From IMG/VR virus record IMGVR_UViG_3300020045_002765, positions 1 to 36,301 of that record: DNA of 36,301 nucleotides; one strand, 5' to 3'. This document shows, in pieces, positions 7,925 through 17,225 of the stretch. A program made the translations under genes and the position numbers. This DNA comes from a virus. Taxonomy: Duplodnaviria > Caudoviricetes. Position 1 is the stretch's first letter; the number at the start of each line of letters is the position of its first letter. The notes under the pieces were generated by a model, which saw only the letters and a list, made by a program, of their open reading frames with translations, made no database searches and was not told the origin of the DNA.

Positions 7925-9907
7925 TTATTTCTTTCTTACCAAGCGTTGTTCCCAGATGTGGCGGCAATACGCGGTATTCTTTCCGGTGTCTGGATTGTGA
8001 TACCACCCGCCACGTCTTGCGAAAACGTCATACCCTTCAATCGCACTGATCTGTTGAATTTGATCTATTGACCACGACCTTGTTTTTGAAAGCCTCAACA
8101 TCTCAACGCAAAATGGACGGCTCTCAGTTATTAACTCAGGAGCATCGGCGCGGGTAACGTATTTGTAAACTACAAAAATCTCATTCTCTTCGCTTTCGGC
8201 CACGGCTTCGGCAGTCGGGGTCATGCCCTCTAACAAGCCTTCAGACTGCATATCTTTTATAATACGGCTTACTTCCTTCGGAGTTTCTTTGAGTAGTTTA
8301 GACAAGTCCTTAACGGTTAACTTCGGGTCACCTGTCAGTAGTTTGGTGATAGCGTTTTGAATGTCGCTGGCAAATTCCTGATGAAACTTTTGAGCCTGTA
8401 ATTTAGCGTCAAAAATATCCGTGCAATAAAGCTCTCTCGAATCAATATGAATCAATCCCGCGTCATCGGTTGAGAATTTTTCAAATGACTCACAGTTAAA
8501 ATCCTTTTCAAATTGCTTCGCCCTTGTTACTGTGGTAGAAGTTACGCCCGACTCGTCGGTTGTCAGTTTAATCAACGCCCGAATTTCACCGATTGACATC
8601 GACTCCAATACTTTATTCTGCACCAACGGACTCAATGTTTTCAACGCCTCCGCAACCTCGTTGCTTTCTTGTTCTGGCTTCGGCAAGCCAGCAACTTCGC
8701 GAATCTCATCAAGGGTTGCGATCTCTTTAAATGTCGCTTCTGAAATTTGCGCCTTAATCGGGTCAAGTCTCTGAAGATAAAGCTCGCCCTTCAGTCCGTT
8801 GAAATGGATAATGTTGTTGAATAGTTCGTTGAAAATTTCCTGAACCGGGGCTACGTAATCCTGATTGAAAGCCTCAGTTGCGGTTCTTTTTTCATCCGCG
8901 TTATTGGAGAATCCGTTATCTCCTTTCATCCCAACCACCAAAGGGGAGGTTGTATGAGCTGTGAAAATTTCGTCCCTGATTTGGTTGTTCAAATTACTGT
9001 AACGCTCGTCTTGTCCGTTAGGATTAATCGGAGTGATTTCAACGCCCGAATCCTTGTTTTCGTTGAACGATTTTATTACTGTTCCAGCCTTTTCCGAGCC
9101 AGTCAGAACTCCGTCGAATGCGTCTGAAATTTCTGCCTTCTGCTCATCACTTGGCTCGCCGTTGTAAAAGTTCACAAGGTAGCCAGCAGTAAATCCGTTC
9201 TTAACATTGTTCTTTACGAAGTTTCCAACCTCGCAATCCGCGTCAATGTACGGAACTCCACCGATATACTCAGGAAGCGGATAAGGGTCATCCATGTATT
9301 CCTCGTCCCTGTAATAGACAATGTACCTTTTGGCCTTGTCCATTTTCTCCTCGCTCCATGTAAACGGGTAGAACGTAGTGAAATCTTTATTCTCTTTTGC
9401 TTTGCCTTTCTTCGACCAGTCCTTAGTGTAGAAGTATTTCTGAGGCTTCTCGGTGCCGTCTTTGTTGTATTCCTTTTTCGCTACCCGGACATTTTTAAAA
9501 GCGACATAGTGCGGCATTACCGTTTTGCCGCCCTTGTCTGGAATCATTTCAACCGCAAATCCGCCTTGCTTTGTACGGTCGGAAATAATTCTACGTGTCA
9601 ATTTAGAATCAGTAATTTTCTTCAGGAACGAAGCGACATTCAATTTATCCTGAATACTTAATCCTAACGAATCATAAGCCCACCCCTTACCATAAACGTA
9701 GCGGTTTTTTGCCTTGATAATACCCGCGTTCTTCGGTGAACTCGACGCAAGGTATTCGTAATACTGCGGCTGCATATTCCACCAATCCGGGTCAACTCCA
9801 TCAATAATCCAGTCTAGGTTATTCTGCTCTTTGAACTCAGGCAGTTTTACACCGCCGAATTTCATCAGTTTGCCAGAATTACCCAAAAGGAAAATATTAG
9901 ATTTCAT
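7925..9907 (-). CDS. Portal protein with C-terminal extensions
   Basis: YPLPEY.G, NGFTAG, IFTAH..SP..VG....GFSNNADE portal motifs; C-terminal HTH-like and SRPFC...CRH.W domains. Confidence 0.85.
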   Translation of the reverse strand: MKSNIFLLGNSGKLMKFGGVKLPEFKEQNNLDWIIDGVDPDWWNMQPQYYEYLASSSPKNAGIIKAKNRYVYGKGWAYDSLGLSIQDKLNVASFLKKITDSKLTRRIISDRTKQGGFAVEMIPDKGGKTVMPHYVAFKNVRVAKKEYNKDGTEKPQKYFYTKDWSKKGKAKENKDFTTFYPFTWSEEKMDKAKRYIVYYRDEEYMDDPYPLPEYIGGVPYIDADCEVGNFVKNNVKNGFTAGYLVNFYNGEPSDEQKAEISDAFDGVLTGSEKAGTVIKSFNENKDSGVEITPINPNGQDERYSNLNNQIRDEIFTAHTTSPLVVGMKGDNGFSNNADEKRTATEAFNQDYVAPVQEIFNELFNNIIHFNGLKGELYLQRLDPIKAQISEATFKEIATLDEIREVAGLPKPEQESNEVAEALKTLSPLVQNKVLESMSIGEIRALIKLTTDESGVTSTTVTRAKQFEKDFNCESFEKFSTDDAGLIHIDSRELYCTDIFDAKLQAQKFHQEFASDIQNAITKLLTGDPKLTVKDLSKLLKETPKEVSRIIKDMQSEGLLEGMTPTAEAVAESEENEIFVVYKYVTRADAPELITESRPFCVEMLRLSKTRSWSIDQIQQISAIEGYDVFARRGGWYHNPDTGKNTAYCRHIWEQRLVRKK

Positions 9908-10295
9908 GCGCTACGTATGTAACAGTTGTTTCGTGTGCAATATAAATTGATGCCTCAGTGTCTCTCAGTCTCATTATCCCTCTCTCAACTACTCCGTCTG
10001 CCAGATCAGGGTCTAAGTTCGTAGAACTGGCCTGCTCGTAAATTGTGTAGTGGTATAACCCAACGTTTCCTAGAATGATTTTGTTCGCCCCGGAGCCAGA
10101 ATTTACCACTTCAATATTGAACTCGTTTGACCTGTTTCGCGCTTCTCCCGCTATGGACACATCGGTAAAAATCTGGTAATACTTTACCAGAGTCATGTCG
10201 TTGATGAACTCAAAAAGGTAGTAGGGATTTACTAGCGTGGTTTTTTCAACCAGCGTTAAAGCCACTACATTTATGCTACTTTTTTGCAGTTGCAC
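9897..10295 (-). CDS. Virion structural protein (beta-rich)
   Basis: G.Y.Y.IYEQ.S.TNLDP motif; lies between tail tube and portal. Confidence 0.6.
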   Translation of the reverse strand: MQLQKSSINVVALTLVEKTTLVNPYYLFEFINDMTLVKYYQIFTDVSIAGEARNRSNEFNIEVVNSGSGANKIILGNVGLYHYTIYEQASSTNLDPDLADGVVERGIMRLRDTEASIYIAHETTVTYVAHEI

Positions 10296-10485
10296 TTTTC
10301 TTCTTTTCCTCTTTTGGTTTTACTTCCAAAACTTTCGCTTTCACCTCTGGCCCAAAAACGTCCAACTTCAGTAGTTTGTAAAGTTCAAACTGACTAGGGT
10401 CGTTCTTGATCGTCACCGTAATAACCGTACCGTTTGGTGCGGTTCTGGTGTGGGTATTTCCAATGCACTCTTGTTTTACTGTCAT
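10276..10485 (-). CDS. Small hypothetical protein
   Basis: Operon position; basic C-terminus. Confidence 0.55.
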   Translation of the reverse strand: MTVKQECIGNTHTRTAPNGTVITVTIKNDPSQFELYKLLKLDVFGPEVKAKVLEVKPKEEKKKSATAKK

Positions 10486-10496
10486 GCGTTAAAGTT

Positions 10497-10527
10497 AAAA
10501 AAAAAGGGCGGGATTTTTCCCACCCTC
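10497..10527 (-). terminator. Intrinsic terminator after the tail tube gene
   Basis: AGGGTGGGA/TCCCGCCCT stem followed by T9 on the - strand. Confidence 0.8.
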
Positions 10528-10551
10528 TTCAGTTTTTATTAATTACTTCTC

Positions 10552-11091
10552 TTACGAGTTCTCTCCGTCGATCAGGATAGTTGCCATCAAAGATGTCGCT
10601 ACTGTCAACCTGTTTTTACCTTTGTCAGTAAATCCAAGTGTGTAACCGTTCATGTCTCCGAAGGCTTTGCCTGATGCCGCTTGGTTTGTTCCACCAGCCA
10701 ACTCCGCACCGAACTCCAAACCGAAGATGTGGTAAATGTCGTTGTTGTCCTGAACGATGACCACAAGTGGTCCACCAGTTGCAAGCAATTTCAACTCCAC
10801 ATTTTTCTCTTTCGAGAGTTTAAACAACACCGCGTTGATAACTCCCTCGTAGTAGTTCGTCCCCATTTCAGGAGCGTGGTTCCCGGTTGAAACAAAATCA
10901 ACCAATTCCTTTTTGATCTTGTACCTGAAGAACGAAGTTCCACCAGCCTGAGTCAATACAGTTACTTCTCCCGCAACTACTGTGTTTGCCGTAATGTTGA
11001 CAAACTGAGTAATCAAAAGAGAACCCTGCTTTATGCCTCCTACTGAGTCATCGCACTCGTAATCAAATCCTGTTGTAAGTAAACAACTCAT
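10552..11091 (-). CDS. Major tail (tube)-like protein
   Basis: MSC.LT.G....C.DSVGGIK and G.A.GD.NGYTL.F motifs; follows the capsid gene and is bracketed by terminators. Confidence 0.65.
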   Translation of the reverse strand: MSCLLTTGFDYECDDSVGGIKQGSLLITQFVNITANTVVAGEVTVLTQAGGTSFFRYKIKKELVDFVSTGNHAPEMGTNYYEGVINAVLFKLSKEKNVELKLLATGGPLVVIVQDNNDIYHIFGLEFGAELAGGTNQAASGKAFGDMNGYTLGFTDKGKNRLTVATSLMATILIDGENS

Positions 11092-11103
11092 GTCTTTAGA
11101 ATT

Positions 11104-11128
11104 AAAAGAGAGGGGCTTTTCACCCCTC
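11104..11128 (-). terminator. Intrinsic terminator after the major capsid gene
   Basis: GAGGGG/CCCCTC stem followed by TCTTTT on the - strand. Confidence 0.65.
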
Positions 11129-11135
11129 AGTTATT

Positions 11136-12077
11136 TTAAGATGCAAGCAATGTGAACTCGACAATGTACGAGCCAAATTGGTACTGCACACCGCGCTTGA
11201 AAGCGACAAGTGATTTTGTAGTACGGTCGTCTTTCGAGTACCACACTTCCATTTTTTCCTCATCAGCGTCACCATCCAAACCGATTGTAATGTTATCGGC
11301 GTATGTCAAAATCATACGGTTAGTACTTGCCAAACCTACTGTCGGTTTTAGGATAATGTTAGTGCCAAAGAGTTTGGTATCACCATCCGTCGCGGTGTAG
11401 TGGTAGTTGTTTGAGTTGATGAGCGCGTTGATATAAAGTTTATACCAAGCGGTTGGCAACCACAGATACAATTGACGGCCAGCGTCAGGAGCATCCATTT
11501 CCAAATCTTCAGGGATAGCAGTGTACATACCTTGCAATACGGCAAGAATGTTCGTCACGTCGACTGAGTAATAACCTCCGAGGTTCCCGTTTACAACGGT
11601 ACCGTCAGCGTCCACAAGTTTCAACAAACCATCGTACTTATTAAGGTTCGCATCACCCGATCCAGTGTCACCTTGAAAATCCGCTTTCGCGATTTGGTTG
11701 GCAATAACGTTGAGTTTCTTAGCCATCCACATATTTTCAATCTCACCCGGAACAACTTCTTCCCCGGCTGCGCCTTTTGCAACCAGTTGCTGCGCCCAAT
11801 ATCCATTGAGTGTTTTAACGCACAGATCTTCCATTACTGCGATCGCTCCAACAGTAATATTCTTTTGTCCGAGAGTTGTGGTTCCCGAAGCGTTGTACGA
11901 GCATCCGTCCGATTGGAACGGTGCAGTAGTGGTCAAAGAGTGCAGACGTGCTACCTCTTTAATTCCTGTTTGTTTTGCTACAACGTCAGCAAGACCTGAC
12001 TTTGCTTGCAATTGCATGAGCAATGGAAACTTGTTCTCATCTACCCACGCGCTTAATCCTGATACATCAAATGCCAT
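11136..12077 (-). CDS. Major capsid protein
   Basis: 313 aa after protease and scaffold; DLC...L, FQGDT...DGLLK motifs of HK97-fold capsids in Bacteroidetes phages. Confidence 0.85.
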   Translation of the reverse strand: MAFDVSGLSAWVDENKFPLLMQLQAKSGLADVVAKQTGIKEVARLHSLTTTAPFQSDGCSYNASGTTTLGQKNITVGAIAVMEDLCVKTLNGYWAQQLVAKGAAGEEVVPGEIENMWMAKKLNVIANQIAKADFQGDTGSGDANLNKYDGLLKLVDADGTVVNGNLGGYYSVDVTNILAVLQGMYTAIPEDLEMDAPDAGRQLYLWLPTAWYKLYINALINSNNYHYTATDGDTKLFGTNIILKPTVGLASTNRMILTYADNITIGLDGDADEEKMEVWYSKDDRTTKSLVAFKRGVQYQFGSYIVEFTLLAS

Positions 12078-12080
12078 GAC

Positions 12081-12671
12081 TTATTTTTTTAAGATTGATT
12101 CAAAAATGTTTTTCGACCCGGACTTTCCGAGAGGATTGTTGAACTTCTGAACAGGCTCTTTCACTGGCTCGGCCAACAGAGTTTCAAAAGTTTCTTTCAC
12201 GAATTTTTCCAATTCGAGAACTCTCGTTTCGAGTTTCTTGTTCTCTCCTTTTAAATCTTCGTTTTGCTTTTTGAACTCACCTGAAACAGTTTCAGCATAC
12301 TTGCTTACGGTTTCAATTCGTTCAATCAGTTCTTTTACTTTGGCCTCCGGGCTTCCGGGTGCTGGCGCTGCTCCCAAATCTTCTTCGGGGGCAACCTCAT
12401 TGATAGCGGCTATAATGCCGTCCTGTTCAACAACAATAATTTTACCGTCCTGTAATTCGTATTCTCCAATAGGAGCAGGGATTGGCGTGCCGTCAGCAGC
12501 ATACAAAGCAATTGCCGAACCTACGTTTAAGTCTGGTTCGACTGTGATTTTTGTAGTGCCGTCAACTAGCATGAGTTCCTCAAACTTCTCTTTCACAATC
12601 GCAGGTATTCCCTTTGTTGCGAAAAAGTCCTTTGTTTTCTGAAGCAATTCTTTTACTACTTTCAAGTCCAT
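12081..12671 (-). CDS. Scaffold protein
   Basis: PAP.GEYEL.DG.II.V..DG.I motif plus coiled coil, between protease and capsid. Confidence 0.7.
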   Translation of the reverse strand: MDLKVVKELLQKTKDFFATKGIPAIVKEKFEELMLVDGTTKITVEPDLNVGSAIALYAADGTPIPAPIGEYELQDGKIIVVEQDGIIAAINEVAPEEDLGAAPAPGSPEAKVKELIERIETVSKYAETVSGEFKKQNEDLKGENKKLETRVLELEKFVKETFETLLAEPVKEPVQKFNNPLGKSGSKNIFESILKK

Positions 12672-12689
12672 GCTTAATGTTTTTTAAAA

Positions 12690-12714
12690 AACGATGTGCC
12701 TTGTTAAATGTTAC
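12690..12714 (-). promoter_or_regulatory. Putative late promoter TAACATTT-N9-CATCGTT (copy 1, scaffold/capsid)
   Basis: Exact motif shared with 13279-13303 and 23495-23518. Confidence 0.75.
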
Positions 12715-13270
12715 TTTCGGCAAAAATGCGTTCCAATTGAGCCATAAGCGAAGCCTTCAGTTCGACGAACATACACTCAATACTAAATCCGGTGTACTCA
12801 CCGTTCAAACACTTCTGGTAAATTTCGTCGTTGTCGCATTGAACAATTCCAAACCAACTACCGTCTGCCTCTACATCAAATCCAGAAGGCGGGACAATGC
12901 CCAATTTAGAATCCAGTTGCCATTGGTTTAAAACATAGACCCCTTTTGCGAACTGGTTTGTCTGGTGCATTTCGTTCATGTTCTTGTTCAGGCCATTTGC
13001 TGACCAGTTGCGAACGATTTTATCTACCGAGTCTTTTGGAAACTTCACTTTGTAGGCTCCGCGCTTTTCGTCCCATCTAGGGATTTCCATGTCAGCGATC
13101 ATGAAATAACCCATGACTTTGCGTTGGGCTTTGTCAACCTCAACGAATTTGTGGACTACTGTTTTTTTGAAAGCAAGGAATGAAGATTCAATCGCTGGTT
13201 CATCAACGAAAGCAATTTGGAACTCAATCTGATTTTCATCAGGAAGGGTAAGGGTAATGACTTCCTCCAT
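12704..13270 (-). CDS. Prohead protease (XkdF-like putative serine protease)
   Basis: IAFVDEPAIE..F, N.MH, GSWF, GE.TGFSIE motifs. ATG at 13270 is preferred over the TTG at 13276. Confidence 0.85.
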   Translation of the reverse strand: MEEVITLTLPDENQIEFQIAFVDEPAIESSFLAFKKTVVHKFVEVDKAQRKVMGYFMIADMEIPRWDEKRGAYKVKFPKDSVDKIVRNWSANGLNKNMNEMHQTNQFAKGVYVLNQWQLDSKLGIVPPSGFDVEADGSWFGIVQCDNDEIYQKCLNGEYTGFSIECMFVELKASLMAQLERIFAESNI

Positions 13271-13278
13271 GTTCAAAA

Positions 13279-13303
13279 AACGATGAGTCGGTCTAAATGT
13301 TAC
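13279..13303 (-). promoter_or_regulatory. Putative late promoter TAACATTT-N9-CATCGTT (copy 2, protease)
   Basis: Exact motif ending 8 nt upstream of the ATG. Confidence 0.75.
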
Positions 13304-13304
13304 C

Positions 13305-13694
13305 TTAGTTGGTAGGCAGTTCTTCTCCTTTACCCTCTGCCAGTAGACAGTTGATTGTTTAATCTTTTGATTAACTCACTCGAAAAACATTAGTGCCCTC
13401 TGACCATTCTAAAACGGTGACGGAATCTCCAGTAAAGTTCCGTTCTTTTTCACTCAGGGCGAACGTCCGTTATAAACGTTGGCAGTTGCTTGGTTTCCAG
13501 TTAGCGGGAATCTCCAAGCCTTTCGTCCTGTTTTTTCAAATGTTGGTTTGGGGGTTATTCTCTTTTTTGTGATTCAGTTCCGAGCTGATAACTGATTCCC
13601 TTGCCTTATGTCTCCTCGCCAAAAAAAAATAGAGGCGCGTCCGGCAAGGGGTAGACTTCACAATATCCGCTAAGACATTGCTACAATCCTCTAC
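13305..13694 (-). ncRNA. Candidate structured non-coding RNA
   Basis: No credible ORF, several hand-found stems, and an upstream host promoter. Confidence 0.45.
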
Positions 13695-13696
13695 TT

Positions 13697-13724
13697 CAAA
13701 GGTAATATTTTTTTTGAATGACAA
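13697..13724 (-). promoter_or_regulatory. Bacteroidota housekeeping promoter TTG-N17-TACCTTTG
   Basis: Matches the -33/-7 consensus and points into the ORF-free region. Confidence 0.65.
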
Positions 13725-13793
13725 CTATTATATTGAAAAAAATAGTATATTTGTTATGCAAATAATAGTAGTGGTGTACGATGTATTTGTCAG

Positions 13794-13826
13794 AAAGGGA
13801 GTGGCCGTAAACCGCTCCTTTTTTTT
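13794..13826. terminator. Intrinsic (possibly bidirectional) terminator after the tape measure gene
   Basis: GGAGTGG/CCGCTCC stem flanked by AAA and T8. Confidence 0.7.
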
Positions 13827-13831
13827 ATTGG

Positions 13832-15919
13832 TTAGTAAGTTGCCTGTTGGACTATTGCTTTTACCTTGTCCTGAGTGTTCGATATATCGCTTTCGACAAC
13901 GTACACTTTATTCGGCTCCTGATTGAGCAGGGTTGATCCGGTCAAGTCCCTGACGTTTGGTTCAGTTGCTCCGACTTCATCTGCCGTTGAACTCACATCT
14001 CCCGTACCCGCCCCGCTTGCAACAACCGGAGGCGAAGAACTGAGAACCGCTGCCGCTGAAGCAATACCAGCCAGAACCGCCGCAACTCCTGAGATAATAG
14101 CCGCAATATTGGCAGGGTATGGAACGGACTGAGCCTGCGCAATTGCTCCCGATATTGCCGTAGCCGTATCAATTGCGATCTGAGCCAAAGCAAAGGCTTT
14201 GTTAATTGCGCTCTGTCTTTTGCGTTGACGTTCTTCGGATGCTGTTAAGGCTTCACCGTTTTTTATCTTCTCGTTTATCCGGGCTGTTTCACGCCTTGAG
14301 AATAAAGCATTCAGCGACTCCAAAGATTTTAAAGTATCGGAAGCCATTGAAATAGTTGAGTCAGCGTAGGCTGCTTGTTTGGTAAGTCTCTCGTTTCTCA
14401 ATTCATCATCAAAGGCATCTGCATCCGCTTTTATTACAGCCAACTCAGCGGCTAACGCCTGCTCTAGCGTCTTGGTGTCTTCACCGTATTGCTTGGCTTG
14501 CTCTATAAGAGAAAAATATTTATCCCTTACTGCGTTTTCTTGTCGTTCCTGTTCTGTTAAAAGAGAATCTGTGTAAGCGTTTTCCGCATTTTCGATTTGA
14601 AGAAGCACGTCAATTTGCGCTGCTTGTTCTGCATAAATACGTTGCATTTTTTCTTCGTGCAGTCTTATCTCATCAGCGGCTTTTTTCTGCCGTGCCCTTT
14701 CTTCTTCGTCATCAATCTTTTGCTGGTTGGCTAATTGCTTTTGCCCCTCTTGATATTTTATTCCTGAAATCTCAATATTAACTCTTTCAATCTCAACGCC
14801 TACCTTCTCCTCCAAAGCAATGCGCTCGTTGGTTAATCTTTCAGTGTCAATTCCCTGAAGTTTCAATTGTGCTAAAAAATCCTCACGAGATTTGCCAGAC
14901 ATCGCAAATTGATCCTCGTAGTATGTAGTCCAACTTTCGGACAGCCTTTGTATATCCGCAATTTCTTCCTGAAGATTCGCAAGCCTGTGCTGCTGCTTCT
15001 GTAACCTCAGTGCGTATGAAGATTTACCAACCGCCTCTAATGCTGCAATCTCTAAGTCTAGTTTTTCTTGCTCATCTTCAAATTGCTTTTTCCTTGCCTC
15101 TCTTTCCTCGTTAATTTGGTTAAGCCTTTCAATATTCCTGTCTGCATTGGCTCGCGCACGCTCAGCCCGTCTTTGCTCTATCTTATCTTCCTCTGAATCC
15201 AAGAATAACATAGCGGAAAACAAATCTCCAAACCAGCCTATAACCGCTTCGATGTTTGTAATTAGAGCATAGATACCTGTTGCCAAAGCAGCGATGCCAA
15301 CAATCAATAAACCTATTGGGTTGGCTGTCATTACGGCATTTAAAACGCCCTGCACAACCGCCCAACCTGCCGTTGCTACTGCCGCAACTTTCTCAGCGGC
15401 CATCCTCGCGTAAATACCAACGATGTGTTCCTTTTGTAATAGTTGTGCGACCTGTTGTACTCCGTTCAAAATACCCTGAACTGCAATAACGTTTTTAATT
15501 GACTCCTCGACCTTTTTTGAATCGCTACCAAATAAAGCCATTGCGCCAGAGGCCGCTTGAAACCCTGCTGCAATCCCGGTGCCTATGCCTACTAAAGCAT
15601 CAACTCGTTTTGTGTCGGAAGCAAGGGCTTTTACTCTGGCGTTTACGTCTCCGATATGATCTTCAAGTTTCGCGGCCTCCATTGATAGTTTGGCGAACTC
15701 TTTCGAGCCTTCGTCCATTCCCATCAACTCTGCCTTCATTGCGCGCAATTGCGCCTTTAGACTGACTGCCTTTTTTTCGGACTTGTCAATACCGTCACTT
15801 AGCGCGTCACCAGTTTTTTTGGCTGCTTTCTCCGCTTCGACTAATTCGGAACGAACTTCAGAAACGGATTTCTTGCCGTTACCCGATACGTTTACTTCTA
15901 AATTTATTACTTCAGCCAT
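13832..15919 (-). CDS. Tail tape measure protein
   Basis: 695 aa, Ala-rich and helical, ANPIGLLIVGIAAL motif, long coiled coil, C-terminal KVYVVESDI..Q. Confidence 0.85.
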   Translation of the reverse strand: MAEVINLEVNVSGNGKKSVSEVRSELVEAEKAAKKTGDALSDGIDKSEKKAVSLKAQLRAMKAELMGMDEGSKEFAKLSMEAAKLEDHIGDVNARVKALASDTKRVDALVGIGTGIAAGFQAASGAMALFGSDSKKVEESIKNVIAVQGILNGVQQVAQLLQKEHIVGIYARMAAEKVAAVATAGWAVVQGVLNAVMTANPIGLLIVGIAALATGIYALITNIEAVIGWFGDLFSAMLFLDSEEDKIEQRRAERARANADRNIERLNQINEEREARKKQFEDEQEKLDLEIAALEAVGKSSYALRLQKQQHRLANLQEEIADIQRLSESWTTYYEDQFAMSGKSREDFLAQLKLQGIDTERLTNERIALEEKVGVEIERVNIEISGIKYQEGQKQLANQQKIDDEEERARQKKAADEIRLHEEKMQRIYAEQAAQIDVLLQIENAENAYTDSLLTEQERQENAVRDKYFSLIEQAKQYGEDTKTLEQALAAELAVIKADADAFDDELRNERLTKQAAYADSTISMASDTLKSLESLNALFSRRETARINEKIKNGEALTASEERQRKRQSAINKAFALAQIAIDTATAISGAIAQAQSVPYPANIAAIISGVAAVLAGIASAAAVLSSSPPVVASGAGTGDVSSTADEVGATEPNVRDLTGSTLLNQEPNKVYVVESDISNTQDKVKAIVQQATY

Positions 15920-15941
15920 TATACCCAGATATTAATATTCG

Positions 15942-16556
15942 TTATTCCTCAGTCCACTCGATATCTACTGCCAATGTACCTGCGCTTGATAAGACAACAG
16001 GGAATGTTAATGCTACTTCTTGGGCAACACCCCTTAATACGATGGCTCTGCTTTGGTCAATGTCTCCGAAATTGAAAATCATTTCAGGAGCAAGGCTTGT
16101 GCCTACCGCTACGGTTGCTTGCCATAATGACCGATAACTTGCAAGCGTTCCTACTAAGGCTCCTTTTGTTGGTGCTACCGTGTACGCCCTTGATACCGCT
16201 GTTGCTGCTGCGTCAGCACTATCTAATGGCGTTGCCACAAGTACTGTTGAGGTTCCACCAGTTGAAGCGGTAGAAAGTTTCTCAACGTTTATTGTGAAAT
16301 AACCAACCGCAGTTAGTGTCATTCCTGATACTCTTATTCGTCGAATCCTAACAGTTGTCGTTGCCGATCCAATGATATTAAAAAATGGAACGTTTACCGT
16401 AACCGCTGCTACCAACGGGATTATAGTTGAGGCGCGGTAAGTCCTTTTTTCTCCTACATAAGTTCCATCAGGAGCATAAAGAGTTGTTCTTGCTGCTTTA
16501 CTGGTTGGGTCAATTGTAAGCTGGTCGCTCGATGCACCTGATTTAATTACTGCCAT
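15942..16556 (-). CDS. Putative virion structural protein
   Basis: Thr/Ala/Val-rich beta protein in the tail block. Confidence 0.6.
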   Translation of the reverse strand: MAVIKSGASSDQLTIDPTSKAARTTLYAPDGTYVGEKRTYRASTIIPLVAAVTVNVPFFNIIGSATTTVRIRRIRVSGMTLTAVGYFTINVEKLSTASTGGTSTVLVATPLDSADAAATAVSRAYTVAPTKGALVGTLASYRSLWQATVAVGTSLAPEMIFNFGDIDQSRAIVLRGVAQEVALTFPVVLSSAGTLAVDIEWTEE

Positions 16557-16572
16557 GATTTTTGTTTTTTAG

Positions 16573-16965
16573 TTATGCTGCTATTATGTAATATATTTTG
16601 AATTTGTCAGCCAAGTAACTCCCGTCTGCTGATTTGACGTATAGAAAAAACTCACCAGTCCCCGCCACTGCTCTCAACTGAAGGTCGTCCATTTCTAGTT
16701 CATCCTGATCTTTGCCTGTTGGAGCCGCGTAACTAACCGATGTCATTATTTTTTTTGTCGCTGTGATAGACGCATCGGTTATTGTAAACATCGCCTCTGA
16801 AACTGGTGTTGTTCCAAAGTCTATTTCCGTTTCGGTTGCGCCTGTTGCCCCGCTTACAGTGAGGTCACCTGACCCCAGAACACTTGCCCCGTTTATAGTT
16901 TTTATGTTCGTTCCTGAAACGAGCGTGTCCTGTTTGGCAGATATGTCTGAAGGGTTGTTTATCAT
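16573..16965 (-). CDS. Tail-fibre-motif structural protein
   Basis: KQDTLVSGTNIKTING.SVLGSGDL motif seen in phage fibres. Confidence 0.6.
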   Translation of the reverse strand: MINNPSDISAKQDTLVSGTNIKTINGASVLGSGDLTVSGATGATETEIDFGTTPVSEAMFTITDASITATKKIMTSVSYAAPTGKDQDELEMDDLQLRAVAGTGEFFLYVKSADGSYLADKFKIYYIIAA

Positions 16966-17225
16966 GACAGTTCGTATATTGCTAGGTTAGACGTGGAACT
17001 GGCCGTTATCGCTGTAATGTTTGACTGAGAAAAAGTGTTGCAATCCATCACCCATACACCGCCTTGAGCCGCTAAATAAATTCCTTTATCAACCTCAGCA
17101 GTACCGCCTATGTTTAAAAAAACACCGATGTTACCTGTGTTGGTTATCACTAAAGCAGACCTGTTACCATTAGCCTCCACCGCTTCGCCGCTTGTCGTTG
17201 TTGCTGTATAGTTTGAAATAGCCAT
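16962..17225 (-). CDS. Small beta-rich virion protein
   Basis: AN.NR..L.I.N.G...VFL..G.......GI.L motif. Confidence 0.6.
   Translation of the reverse strand: MAISNYTATTTSGEAVEANGNRSALVITNTGNIGVFLNIGGTAEVDKGIYLAAQGGVWVMDCNTFSQSNITAITASSTSNLAIYELS

Noticed and set aside
13440-13535. Hammerhead ribozyme (GGACGAAA ... CUGAGUGA on the - strand)
   Set aside because: The core is not CUGANGA, stem II cannot form, and the cleavage-site base would be G.
13536-13926. ORFs 13536-13724 (-) and 13678-13926 (+)
   Set aside because: Both start at TTG, run through promoter or terminator elements, and look like non-protein sequence.
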